Below are positions 13,050 through 25,985 of a stretch of DNA of 64,000 bases, piece by piece. Position numbers and translations under genes: made by a program. Numbering within the stretch: the first letter of the stretch is position 1; every line of letters begins with the position of its first letter. This stretch comes from Saccostrea cucullata (Eukaryota): positions 62,001 through 126,000 of the forward strand of contig NW_026935861.1 in assembly GCF_032062105.1 (NCBI RefSeq), read 5' to 3'. The notes under the pieces were generated by a model. It saw only the letters and a list, made by a program, of their open reading frames with translations. It was not told the origin of the DNA and did no database searches.

Positions 13050-14625
13050 TTCAGAAGTGAAAAAAGAGTTAGATAGATTACATGATCAGTACGTAAAGCA
13101 GGTAACAACATTGTCTTCGTTTGTAAGGCCCATTATATAAATTGTATTTTAAAAGAAGTTGGATTAAATTCTACAAGTGGAAATCCTACTTGTACTCATA
13201 CTTCCCTTTCTAAGGAAGAAATTCTTCAAAATCATATGTCAGTTTTAAATATTTCTAATATTCCAGAGAGCCAAAATGAATCTGAACTACCCTATATATA
13301 TTGGATTCCGAAACTTCATAAAACTCCTTACAAACAGATACATTGCGGGTTCTAGTAAATGTTCAACCAAGCCTCTTTCGTTACTCCTCACTAAGATATT
13401 GACAGTAGTGAAGGAAAATCTTCAAGAGTACTGTGCAACAAAATATTCAAGAAGTGGTGTGAATCAGATGTGAATACTTAAAAATTCCAAAGAACTTTTG
13501 GACAATTTGAAATCACAAGATTTTACCAAAATCAACAGCTTAAAAACTTACAACTTTTCAACTTTATACACAACCATTCCGCATGATTAATTAAAGTCCA
13601 GGTTTTTCGATATAATTGACAGCTGCTTTTTCAATAAAAATGGAACTCGTAAATATACTTACCTCGTCATTGGTCATTTGCAAAATTATTTTGTTAAAAA
13701 ACATTCTGATTGCACACACAAGTACTCTGAAGTTGACATCAAAGAGATGCTTGAGTTTCTGATTGACAATATCTATGTGGTTTTTAGAGACCAGGTATTC
13801 CAACAATTTATTGGAATTTCCATGGGTACCAATTGCGCTCCGTTATTAGCAGGCGTATTTTTATATTCATATGAAGCAGAATTTGTGCAAAACCTTAAAA
13901 GAAGAAAACACTTGCTGTGGCCTTCAACTCGACATTTAGATATATCGACGACGTATTGTCAATTAACAATGGTAATTTCCATTCCTACGTCGATATAATA
14001 TATCCTGGTGAGCTTGAGATAAAAGATACCACAGAGTCTGACAGATCTGTTTCATACTTGGATATTTTACTTGAAAAAGACGTTAATGGTAATCTAACAA
14101 CCAAGCTATATGATTCGTGATGACTTTAACTTTTCTATCGTCAGCTTCCCTTACTTATGCAGCAACCTTCATCACCTGCATACGGAGTGTATATATCTCA
14201 GTTGATTCGATACGTAAGGGCATGCTCTACGTATAAACAATTTCTAAAACGAGGTAAATTATTGACAAGCAAGTTGATGAAATAAGAATAGCAGCAGCCT
14301 CGTTTAAAGTCATCATTTCTTAAGTTCTATGGTCGATACAATGACCTTGTCAGCAAATACAATTTATCGTTGAGTCAAATGCTGACTGACGTTTTCCATA
14401 CTAATTGTTAGTCCATTATTTATACACTGAAATGACGACGGATTTTTCCGTTATTTCCCGATCATGACAAGGAGCACACGGCGGGTGTGACCGGTCAGCA
14501 GGGAATGCTCACTCCTCCATGGCACCTGATCCCGACTCTGATGTTTTGGAGGTCCGTGTTTGCTCTGCTCCTAATTTCTATTGTTTTTATGTACTTTGAG
14601 ATTGAATACTGATTATCTCCATATT
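13050..14625 (+). mobile_element. Decayed, 5'-truncated Penelope-like retroelement: RT plus structured 3' UTR, no C-terminal endonuclease
   Basis: Translated fragments YWIPKLHK, RYIAGSSKCSTKPLS, FSTLYTTIPH, GISMGTNCAPLLA, FRYIDDVLSINN, SYLDI, YISQLIRY. Stops and frameshifts present. The reading frame ends ...DVFHTNC* at ~14411. An older 3'-end copy sits just upstream (12880-13050). Confidence 0.85.
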
Positions 14626-15027
14626 CTTCTTCTGCTCCAAATTTGTATTGTTTAAGTGGACTATTGAGCGTATTGCATCTATTTGCGTTCTGGTGCTACA
14701 TAGCTCTTGGGTTGCTCAATCGCCTTTTTGGTATGATATACAGACCGGGTATTCTTTTTATTAAAACAGAAAAAGTCGCAGACCTGTCTCAACTCAAGAC
14801 ATAAGAAAGCCAGATCTAAGAGTTTTTTTTTAAATGGTAGCTTAAAAATAGGATGTAAATACAACTCGATAATTACGCACATAAACATGTATCTATGACT
14901 TTACTTTAGATATTTCTCTAAAGAATCACTATTAATATTTCATTGTTTCGGTAACAACAAGCATAAGAGTTTTCAATGATCTATTTGAAAGCAGATTATG
15001 TTGTAAAATATTTATTAAATAAAGCAT

Positions 15028-18000
15028 TTATCCGACAAGCCCGCCAGGAGAGAGTGTAGAGGGAATAAGCACGTGAGAAATAATGTGGACCACTCCATCC
15101 TCGGCTTCGATATCAGCCTGCAAAACTGTGGCTACGTTGTTCAAAAGCGTATTGTTGTTGGCTGGAAATATGGGAAAAAAACCTTCGTAAACAAATTGTT
15201 CAAAAGCCGTAAAGCTTACCTGACTCGCCTGTCTTGAATGAATGTATACTTCACATATTTTGCACGTAAAACTTAATATAAAATAAGGGCCGAATATTTC
15301 ATTAATGTTTTTCTTTGCAAAGTTTAAAAAAAACATATCAAATACCAAAGCAAGGTCACATTTTAATTTTTTCAGCTGTTGACTTATAGTTCTCATCTTT
15401 AAAACTGTTTTATTAGGCGGATATCTCTATGTATATGATTGAAAATTTCTCAAAAGGGAATAATAAAAATAAATTTAAAAAAAGATAACAACATACAACT
15501 ATTTGAAATATGCATATCTTTAAAATTAAGTATTTCGACTTGAAGTTTTATTACAAAGCTGAACAGCAATTTTATTTCATAAATCTGCATGCGGTCTTTT
15601 TTGAATCCTTATTTCGCAAGTTTTTTGTTCATTACAATGACCTTGTCAGCAAATACAACCTATCATTCAGTCAAATGCCGACTGAATTTATCATAGTAAT
15701 TTTGGTATATTATTCACACTCTGAATTTCTGAACGTCTACTTGGTTTTGTTTTTCCCGATCATGATAGGGAGCAAACACGTCGTGTGACCGTTGGACAGA
15801 CGATACTCACTCCTCATGGCACGTGCACATGTTCCCATCTCTGGTTTTGAAGAGTTACGCGTTTCCTTTGCTACAGAAATGTATTGTTTGAATGGAAAAC
15901 TGTTCGTTATCTCCATATTCTTAATGTAAATGAATTTAGAGACTGGATGTTTTCTTCCTTTCATATAGGTGCATATATAATAAGCTTCAATTTTCTCATC
16001 TACAAATCTTCATTGCAAATCACGGATTTTGTGTACTTTTTATATTCATAAATCAGCATTGAAGTTCTATGAAGTAAAATATGAAATGGAAACAAGAAGG
16101 TGTAATTTGCAACCGTGGTTTGATTAACAAAAAATAACTTTAAGATAATAGTTGGTTTAGTTTTAATGTTTTAACATTCGTTTATGGTATCTCTTTCAAT
16201 TTATAATGACTTTTATAAAAGGTCAGCTGAAGAAAAATTCCGGTCTGAAATATTTTTATAAATATAAGAAAATGCAGCCTCTATGTATTGGTAGGGTAGG
16301 AAGAGGGTATTTGTACTAACCGTCTTGTGAGAGATTAATATAATGTCCCCTGTACATTGTGGATAGACGCCCGGGGCCGTGAATACTCTTGGCGTGCAGA
16401 GTTCCAGGATGAACGTGGTAGTCAACTAAGCCTGCAGATAAGGAAGATATCATATCATTCGATGAACAATTAGAAAATTTATTTCATTGAAACCCATGTC
16501 AACAGAGCATTGAACTTACGGCGAGCGTTTGAGTAACTGCTCTTAATCTGAGCCAGGAATCCTGGGTCCAGAGAAGCCAGGGCTTGATTACTGGGAACAA
16601 ACATTGTGTACCTATTACCTGAAAAAATATTTATATATATGTAATGAAAAAATGTAGCCGCAGAACTGCATCGTTATAATTTTATGATATAGGCTTTGAC
16701 AAAAGACATAACGCTAAAAATAGACAGCTAGAAAAAAATGGATCTTTATTATAAATAATCAAAATTTATCGTTTTAGAAATAATCTCTCTCTCTCTCTCT
16801 CACCAACAGTCCTGTTGAATACAGTGGTTAGTCTGGCTTCCTTGATGAAGTCCATGAATTGGTCAATGTTGTAGTCGGGGTTCAGGATGATATCGTCAAT
16901 GGTCCCCTCCGGCATGTTAAGAACTTCGTCAATCAGGTAAAGCACGCCATTGGATGCTTGTAACTCTGACACTATAACTTTTGCTTGGTTGAAATAAGTT
17001 CTCTGAGGAAGAAAAAAACACAAAGATTAAATTTTATTCGATAATAACACCAGTAAGCAGTTCTTTATTTTGTTAACGCTGGAAAACAAAGCACGAAAAG
17101 GCAGCAAAACAAAGCGACACGCATGTTGAGTTGTTTTGTTGCTGTCTCACAATCCTTTCAGTGTGGGCATACCTGGGCATTTGAACTTGATGCGACATAA
17201 ACACGAATTGAGTGTCCATTCAAACTTGGAATGACTTCGTGGTTCACAAGATCCCACTCGAAAATCTCCCCTTTCATCACGTGGTATTTCAGTACTTCCT
17301 GTAGTTGCGCATTGTCTGCCTTCAATGCCTGAAAATCAGCGGCTGGAACTCTGGCAAAGGCGGCATCAGAAGGCGCTAGCAGAGTGAACGGACCTGTGGC
17401 ATTGAAGGAAGTATATTAACATTTACGTTATATTTTCTCTGGATCCTGATTTTTTCCCCAAACAATATTGCTTCATCATGGTTTGAAACACTTGAAGGAA
17501 CAGGGATACATGTAAGTGGGGTGGCATTGGAGCGCTACGGTACCATGCATGTAAATATGTGGAATAACTATCCTTTTTTATAGTTTTAAGATGCTAATCA
17601 AACATTTAACTCCCTTGATTATTTATGCGTAAGTTGTTAATAATGCTATTTATCATACAAGCAAATTGCTTGATTATTGCATAAAACCAACAATCTAGAG
17701 ACAGTTATTCCTTTCATACACAAGCCATGTAGATATAATTAGCCTCTAAACCAGCTATAGCCGGTTTTTGAAGTTATCTGTATGAAATGTCATAGGTCAT
17801 CATGTTTCATATGGTAACGATAAAATATTTCAGATTCTCAACCCACTTTATATGAATAGTTTTTAAAGGTTTTTCTTGGTTTATCTATGCTGGACATGGA
17901 AGAAAAAAATATGCAAACCAAATACGTCAGACATATTAACAAAGACAGCTTTTAAAAGTCAAATATATGACACCGTTAGTTAACGAAAGCACGTGTAATA

Positions 18001-18935
18001 ACAGTATTCCTTGATACATACAATTAGATATTTACATGTTATGCTGGTGTCCAGTACGATACAGATTTGAAGAAGACTCAAAAATGCAATTCCTTAGGTT
18101 TTGAGAACAATGAAACTTTCTAAAAGCAGAATAATCGACTTTCATTTTCCAAGTAAACTAAGTGTATTAAATAGAAACTAATTCAAAAACACTCAAGTAA
18201 ATTGCACTATACAATAATAAAATATATTATTATCTTAAATATGAACTAGAGGTACTACTGGAAATTCGCTCATTAAATAATACCCACACCTCCATATTAT
18301 TATAATGGCAAAGTCCATGTTTTGGTCTTGGAAACCCTAAATAAGTGTCAGATGAAAAAGTAAATATGTACCAAAGCTTCTGTGAGAGTCTCATTAAATT
18401 TCATTCAGTGGTATAGGAGGAGTTGCGGATAAGAGATATCCCAAAACGTAACAGACAAACGGACGTACAGACAGCAAGACGGACGGACATTTGATCACTA
18501 TATACCCTGCCCCTTTTCAAGAGGTAGTATAATAATAAATTGTGTTGAGATGCTTTTGCATTGAAAATAATACAAAACTTTCTAAATGGTATTCGGAATA
18601 CTTTATCAGTGTGTATTTAAACTTAAGAATGTAAATAACGACGGCTTAAGATTTGCAAAAATATATTGCAATCAAGCTAAAATAATTTACTATTATGATA
18701 ACAATTTCAGACTTGTTTATCGCTGAAAATTAACACCCTTCTAATAATTCCAATTAAGAAAACCACTGACAGTAGTTTCAGTACCTTGGCTGGGGTCTTT
18801 AAGAATGTCCGCTAATCCAGCGCTAGTGAGGAGGGACACGAGTTTTGTAGCATTGTTAGCACTGGCGAGGTCCACCAGGTTGGGGTAGGCTGAGGAAACA
18901 GCCAGACACACGGATAACAAGATGAACAGCTTCAT
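15028..18935 (-). CDS. Secreted two-FAS1 (fasciclin) domain protein A, TGFBI/periostin-like (304 aa)
   Basis: Exons 18935-18785, 17393-17173, 17002-16804, 16618-16520, 16431-16321, 15161-15028 (915 nt, in frame). Signal peptide MKLFILLSVCLAVSSA; GPFTLLAPSDAAF, LKYHV, ASNGVLYLIDEVL, YTMFVPSN, DGVVHIISHVLIP. Confidence 0.9.
15580..15920 (+). mobile_element. Penelope-like element 3' fragment (intronic)
   Basis: RKFFVHYNDLVSKYNLSFSQM remnant followed by the 3' module. Confidence 0.75.
18244..18535 (-). mobile_element. Short HINE-type (non-autonomous Helentron) element
   Basis: AACTAGAGG end, GACG/GACA microsatellite and terminal GC hairpin, mirroring the layout of 29272-30053. Confidence 0.55.
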
Positions 18936-19614
18936 GGCCGGGAATTGTGGTAGTGTAAACGTCCTATCTGAAGTCCTGCCTTATCACGCACGATTCTGAT
19001 AACGTCACAGATCTTCCCAAATCTTCTATTATTTGACCTCTAGCAGAATTCTTAATTTACATAAGGTTCACATTATTCCATTTTTTCAACTTATGTACAT
19101 TCTATGTACATTCTTTGACTTCGTGTTAATATCAAAGATTTTTTTATATCAATCATCCCGAATTAAAATGTTTTGCACATTCTTATTCCTAAATTTAAAA
19201 TAATCTGCCCAGTTTTAATTGATAATGTACTTTTATTCTTCATTGGTAAAATATTAGTATAATTAACGGGCAATTCAAACAATTTCATGGTCTATCTTGG
19301 TTTTTTTTTTTTACTTTTAGAAATGATGCAAAGATATTCTTGAGAGTTTGACTAAACATGAAAACCAAAAGCCAATTTTACTTGACCAAGAATTTAATTA
19401 TGAAATGATAAAATACTTTAAAAGACTTCAAAATCAGTGATCTGAAATATGGGTAATTAAGAGAAGTGGAATTCTAGGAAGGAATGTATAAAAGTACAAG
19501 ACTCGTGTTTCGTGTCCATGCTTGTTATCAGCTCTACCACGTGACCTTAATCTCTCCGGTTCTCGTCTGGTTTTAACCAAAAGCTGTCACATTCTTTCTT
19601 AGCACATTTCTGGG

Positions 19615-22600
19615 ATGAGGTTCCTCTTTATTTTCCCCCTGTTGGGTCTGACCCTGGGACAGGATCCCACAGCCCTGGTTAACCTGGTGGATACCTTGAA
19701 GACCAGTTCACTGGAGTCTATACTGGTGGACCTTATAGATGCTGCGGGACTGACGGAGGCTCTTTCACAAGGAGGTTAGAAGGGTTGTTTTTTTACAATT
19801 AAGTTTATGGCTTAAAGAATCCTAGATTGATAAAGGATTCTATAAATCAGTAAGATAATTACATGAAATTTGAAAAAATCCTAGTAGTACCTAATTTAAG
19901 AATACTTTATTTTGTCCAAGTTTTTATATAGTCCATCATTATCAAAGGGACCAGATGAGCTATGCAGTATTTCCAGTAATTGTAACTTGCATGATGTGGA
20001 GGGAAATATCAGAATTTCTTTTAAAGAATTCAAGATTTATTTAACAGAGTATAATATTATTATTCTTTATTCAGGAAGATATACTTTTGTCCCTTTAGGT
20101 CCTTTCACTATATTTGCTCCTGACAACCACGCATTCAATTTACTTGGCAATGATACACTGAACAGTTTGAAAGCCGATCCTGCCAAACTGGCTGACATTT
20201 TGAAATACCACGTTGTTAGCGGCTTATACCATGTTAAGCCTGATCTGCTCGTAAACGAACTCATGCTGGACAGTCTAAAGGGAGATAAGCTCCGAGTCAA
20301 CTATTACTATGCTGCTCGTGTAAGTACTCAAACGAAGACTATATAATATTCATGTTTCATCATCCTGAAAAGCTGGCTGGCTTAACGTGGAGTGCTCTTT
20401 TTTCGATAAAGCGGTTGGTACACATTATTTCCATCCTGACCGCGTTCCTTGCTCAGACCACCTGTTTATATATTTTTGTTCTGATTGGTCATTGTAGCAC
20501 ACACTTACAGTCGAAGGAGCCCGTATTACTTACCCCGACAAGATGGCTTCCAATGGTATCATCCACCGAATCGAGAAGGTGCTGATGCCACCAGTTGGAA
20601 ACATCGTTGAGGTTTTGACTCAGGATGGATCTTTTAACACTCTTATTGCTGCTGCCAAGGCAGCTGGTCTCGTTGAGGCTCTAGGTGGTAAGTTTTATCC
20701 CTCTTTGTCTAAGAAATATATGAACAAATTGATCCCTTACAGTCTTTGCAATGATTTATTTTCGATAAGACCTTCTGCTCTGGAAATGTCATTAAAACCA
20801 AATCTGTTGTCAATTTGCTGAGCCCAAGACGCATGATCAAGTTTTGAACAGGATTTTACGACGTTTTTGGTAGATGCCAGTTTTCTTTGTGATAATATGA
20901 TATTTTCGAGTGCAATATCTTGTATGCAGTTCGTTAAACTGAATGTATTCCTGTCCAAATAAGGACAAAATAAATAAGTGCAACAATCATGGTCACATTG
21001 TCAGGACTGGTTCATTGTAGATAAAATGAGAGGTCGTGTTGAACCTGACTTTGAATCTTATGTTAAATTGAAATCAACTTAATTATGGGCGCTGTTTTGT
21101 TTTTTATTTAAAGTACCAAACGTTTAAAGCACACCAGGAAGAAATAGCTTGTTTTATCATATTAAATTTAAGGTCATATCTGCCGTTCCTCATCTTTTAT
21201 GAATAATAATTGTATTTTAGCAGTATTGGTCATTCATACCAGGTATATCTGTGTATATTAATTGTCCTGTAATGATAGATGTGTTATAAAAGCACTCCAG
21301 ATATCCTTTTTTTTTCTTTTTCCAAGATGGACCAATCACTCTAATGGCACCAACTGATGCAGCTTTCAACAGACTTGGCAACGACACAGTGAACAAACTG
21401 CTACAAAACCCTAAGCTTTTAGGAGGTATGTTAACTCTTTACAACTTACTGAACTGTTAGGCAACATACACTTAATGTTCACATCATAGAAATATGACGT
21501 TACCATTTCCCTGCAAGCACTTTATAGTGCGGTACAAGTTTCTCAGTCTAAAGTTTAGCATAAATAATGTTATTAAATAATATTTTGATAAGAAAATAAC
21601 TTTTCTTATTTTATGAGATTTTAGCAAGTAAAAGTTTGAAGGAAATTGGCATTAAATTGAAGATTAAATGAACTTTTAAAAGTGCGTGAAAATGTGTGAT
21701 TGCGAGGAAACGGTATATGTGTGATTTTGCGTTAGAAATAGGAAATGGTATATGCGTTAAAATGCGTGACTGCGGGGAAGGGGGTTAAACAGCTCTGCGT
21801 GAACTTGAGCTGTTGCAAAACTATGCATTAATTGATTGAAATTGTACAATAAATCAATAATCATGTCAGTAAATACGATCTATATATTAAAGTTAAAAAC
21901 TTTTATTATTGTCAGGTCATTATTTAGGCATTGGATTGTCTTATTATTAATTGTTAGATCATTATTTACACACTGAATTGTCTATAATTCTTTTTGTTAT
22001 TTTCCAATCATAATAGAGAGCATATAACAAGATTTGGCCGGTCGACGGGGGATACATACTCATCCATGGCACCTGATCCCAGCTTTTATATTTTTGAAAC
22101 CCGTGCTTCCTGCACCTGATTTGTATTGTTTGAATGGACATTTGATCTTGGGTGCTGTTTGTGTTTCCATATTTCATAAACACCAGTAGCATTTGTTCCT
22201 TTTTCTGCTATTGGTACCTTCAATGAAATATATGATTGATTGATTGATTGTATACTGTTTAACGTCCCTCTTCAGAATATTTCACTGAAATATATGAAGA
22301 TAACGAACAGTACTCAATATCAAAAGCTCATTAAACATTACAAAATAGGAGCAGAGCAAACACAGACTTCCAAAATATCAGACGTGAGATCAGGTGCCAT
22401 GGAGGAGTGACTTCCCCTGCCTACCGGTCACACCCACCGTTTGCTCCTTGTCATGATCGGAAAATACTGGAAAACATCCGCCGACAATTCACCGTGTAAA
22501 TAGAGGCATTGTGAGAAAATAGTCAGTATTTGCATGAAAAATGATTATGACAAAAGCGTAGAACTTAAGAAATGATGACTTTCACTGTTGATATTTGACA

Positions 22601-23847
22601 ATAATTTAGTTTTGAAAAATTGTATTTGCTGACAAGGTGCATGATGAAGGTATATTGCTGCATAAGTAAGGGAAGTTGACGATTGAAAAGTTAAAGACAT
22701 CACGTTTATCATGAGCATGGTTGATAGATTACCATTTACTTGTATTTTTCAAGTAAAATATCCAAATATGAAACAAATGTGTCGATGTCACATGGCATGG
22801 TAGGCAATGGCACTAATAAAGATTCCTCATTGCCAGATTTTCTTCTCAAGAACCATTCTGTAAGAAAAGCAATAACAAAAATATACTTTAGTTAATTGTA
22901 GTAAATCAAAGTTTTCAAAGTGATCACTGTAGTATCAACTTTATCACTGTAGTATATGAAAGTGTCAAAAATATTACTATGGTTACTATAGTAAACTATA
23001 CATAACTATAATATTTTTGTTAGGGTTAAGTGGGAGCATTCCGGAGTTATGTAGATTTAATTGTTCAAATCATAACCCCCGTGGTAGGGTGGGGCCACTT
23101 TAGATATTACAAGGGGGGTCTGGTGAAGAACAGAAGGGTCAGTAATCTAAGTGAGCATTGTGGCCCATGAGCCTCCTGTTCTTGAATTGTGCTCGGCTAC
23201 ATTTGAACATTAAGCTTATGTATTAAAAAGGGATAGTCATTGAAAAGAAGTTGAATTTTTGGGGATATGAAAAGCTCATGCAAACAATTATTTGTTCAGT
23301 AACAAGTTTACCTTTCGAAAAGCCAAACATTGAAGCATATCAGAAACAATTGGTTAACTAATGTTTAGCACGTCATCAAAGTATTGCAGTGATGTGGGAT
23401 GTTTGATTGTCATTTTCAAAGAAAGACGAATTTAACATAACATCCATCCAAAACTTTGTTTAGTAAAACATTAAGTTATGTTTTTTCTTACTCAACAGAT
23501 GTGTTGAAATACCACATTTTACATGGCACCCTCTACTCCAAGGGAATGCACTCTGGTAGCTTCCACACCCTGGAAGAGGCTGACAGACTCAGAATTTATC
23601 AATCATTCTTCGGTCTGTACCTTATTTTTATTTCAATTTAAAATCATACACAGCAATAGCTGCACCTTTTCTCCAAGATATGGACCTTATGATTAATCTT
23701 CTTTAAATCGTCTTTTTATCAGGTTCAGTGATAGTAGGCGGTCACCGTGTCACCAAACCCGACATGAGTGCAACCAATGGCGTCGTCCACAAGCTTGACT
23801 ATGTTCTCGTCCCTAGTTCACTCAGTACTCAAATAAAAAATCTGTAA
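19615..23847 (+). CDS. Secreted two-FAS1 domain protein B (302 aa)
   Basis: Exons 19615-19774, 20099-20319, 20498-20687, 21327-21425, 23499-23612, 23723-23847 (909 nt). Signal peptide MRFLFIFPLLGLTLG; GPFTIFAPDNHAF, LKYHVV, ASNGIIHRIEKVL, ATNGVVHKLDYVL; AATAAA at ~23862. Confidence 0.9.
21960..22790. mobile_element. Two Penelope-like 3' fragments in inverted orientation (+ 21960-22180; - 22285-22790)
   Basis: CCATGGCACCTGATCCC on + and GATCAGGTGCCATGGAGG on -; paralogous pair at 26160-27045. Confidence 0.75.
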
Positions 23848-23871
23848 TTTTTTTTTGTTTTAATAAAACTT

Positions 23872-24597
23872 ATGCCTAGGTCACATTTAAGACGATGGTC
23901 GGGCGACTAAATTTTTCTGGTCTTGTCGGCTGAAAGAACATGATCGGCCGACACAGTATCGGGCGACACGGAGCAGTCACATTATTTCCTAGGGACACCG
24001 ATGACTTGGATAAATAACACAAACAATCTTTTTCTTTAGAAATCAGCAATATTTTTTCATTGATCTATATTTAGATAGGTGACACGAGTAATGTTTGCAA
24101 GGCAAAGTGGCAGAATCTTATAAAATTGTGACTCAACGTTGAAAATGTGTGCAAAATTTTGCATGGAATTGCATAAAAACAACAAATGGCGCATATCTAA
24201 GCAGCAAAGAATATTTAAGATTTCTTTATATCTTATGGAATAATTATTTATGTTATTTCCGTTTAAAAAATATATATCAATCCATGCATCAAAATTTTGT
24301 TTGTGTTATGTATCCTTAATAGGTTAAATATTCACAAGTCGGCCAATTGTCGCCCGATCATCGAGCTCTGAGCTACAGTTTGATTTTAAACGTCGGCGGA
24401 AATAATGAACACCTTTATTGTCGAACGACGGACGACCGTCTTTATACACTGATGGTCGGACGATGATCGAAGGTTGGTCGACGGATAACTTCAATTGGAG
24501 AATCGGCCACCGACGCAGAAAAAAATATATCTTGGACCGATGGACACAAAATTGATCGGCCGCCAATAAAAGAGGTCAAAATCGGGCAAGACATATA
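23872..24597. mobile_element. MITE-like insertion directly after the FAS1-B poly(A) signal
   Basis: GC-richer ends with weak inverted similarity; absent from the paralogous position after AATAAAACTTA at ~27910. Confidence 0.6.
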
Positions 24598-25985
24598 TTT
24601 TTTTTAAATTTAATTTTTAACATATCTTATAAATTCAATCAAATAATCCATTTGCTCATCCAGGAGAAAGAAGCATAACGTAATTCACGAAGTCCAGGTT
24701 TTTTTAATGGTCTTTTCAAACAAACAGTTTTTAGTTATATTGTAGTCAGAGGGCATCTTCATAGAACAGCTTATTGCTGTCTTACAACCATCAGTTTGCC
24801 ATTACATTTTTTTTGTACAATAATTTGTCCGTTTATATTTTCTAGAATATCTTAGTAATTAAATTTCAAGGTAAGGACACCAGAATTTTAGTAATAATGA
24901 CAGGCTATTCTAAAAACAAAGAACAAAAATTCAAATGCAAAAGATATATCATGGTATTATGAATTTCTTGATAATAGGTGCTACTGGATAGCTTCGCCGA
25001 ATCTGGCAGAGCCCATTATAATTTCACACCCTATTCTAGCTACATTCTTTTGATATATTAAAAGTAATTCACTGAGACTGTTCAATATACTACAGCGTAT
25101 TTAAAAAGAAAATACTATAATTATATTGTCAACTTTCCTTACTTACTCGTATGAAGCAAGAGACCCTTATCGTCTGCATATGGCTTTATATCTATCAGTT
25201 GATTCGATACGCAAGAGCGTGCTCTAAGTACGATGATATTTTTTACATCATGCAAGCTATTAACCAACAAGTTCATAACACGAGAATATCAACAATTTTG
25301 TTCGACAGTGGATGCCTATTCTACCTCATCCCTTTAATATTTCTTAAGGGGGATGTACAGGCCACATTGGATCTAGTCTGGTGTAAAATAAGAAATACCA
25401 AGAATGCACTTAATACTCTACCAAACTAGCCTAAAGTTATTCAAAGTGCTAATGCACTCATTACCTAATGTTACAGACCAAAATTATTAAATAATTAAGT
25501 TTATTTTGTTTTAATTAGGAGGAAATTAATCATGTTAGAACTGCGCAGCTACAGCATTCAGGAGATGAAAAATGCATTGAAAATGATGTCAGTTCGTTTC
25601 ATTGATAATATGACTACAACTATTTGTTTCGCTTTTTTCTTGTCATTGTTCATAACTCTTGAAAATTTGATTTTTCATATGGGGGTCTTCCTGAGGCTAT
25701 GTGTTCATTACATCCGGCATACCTCTGTCACGCAGAGTTCAAATAACATATTAGAAGAAATGTGACCATAACAACATCAAGACAAGAATTACTAAGTAAT
25801 AATCCTTAGGTTATTTAACTTACTTGTTGCGTCGCACCGTCTGATAATGAAAAAGCGCAATTTTAACCCCATTCGCAAATCGGAAAAAACAACTGTTCTG
25901 TTTATAGCTCGAGTTTCCTCGCTCATATCATTCCACTGAGCACGTTGTTTGCATGTGCATATATCTGCTCTGGATAGATGCGTTT

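Noticed and set aside
13471-13473. In-frame TGA in the Penelope-like RT (VNQM*ILKNS) as selenocysteine
   Set aside because: More simply a TGG>TGA decay mutation. The copy has other stops and frameshifts, and I could not identify a SECIS.
14520-14560. Hammerhead ribozyme at CTGATG
   Set aside because: Reads CTGATGTT, not CTGANGA, and lacks a properly placed GAAA core.
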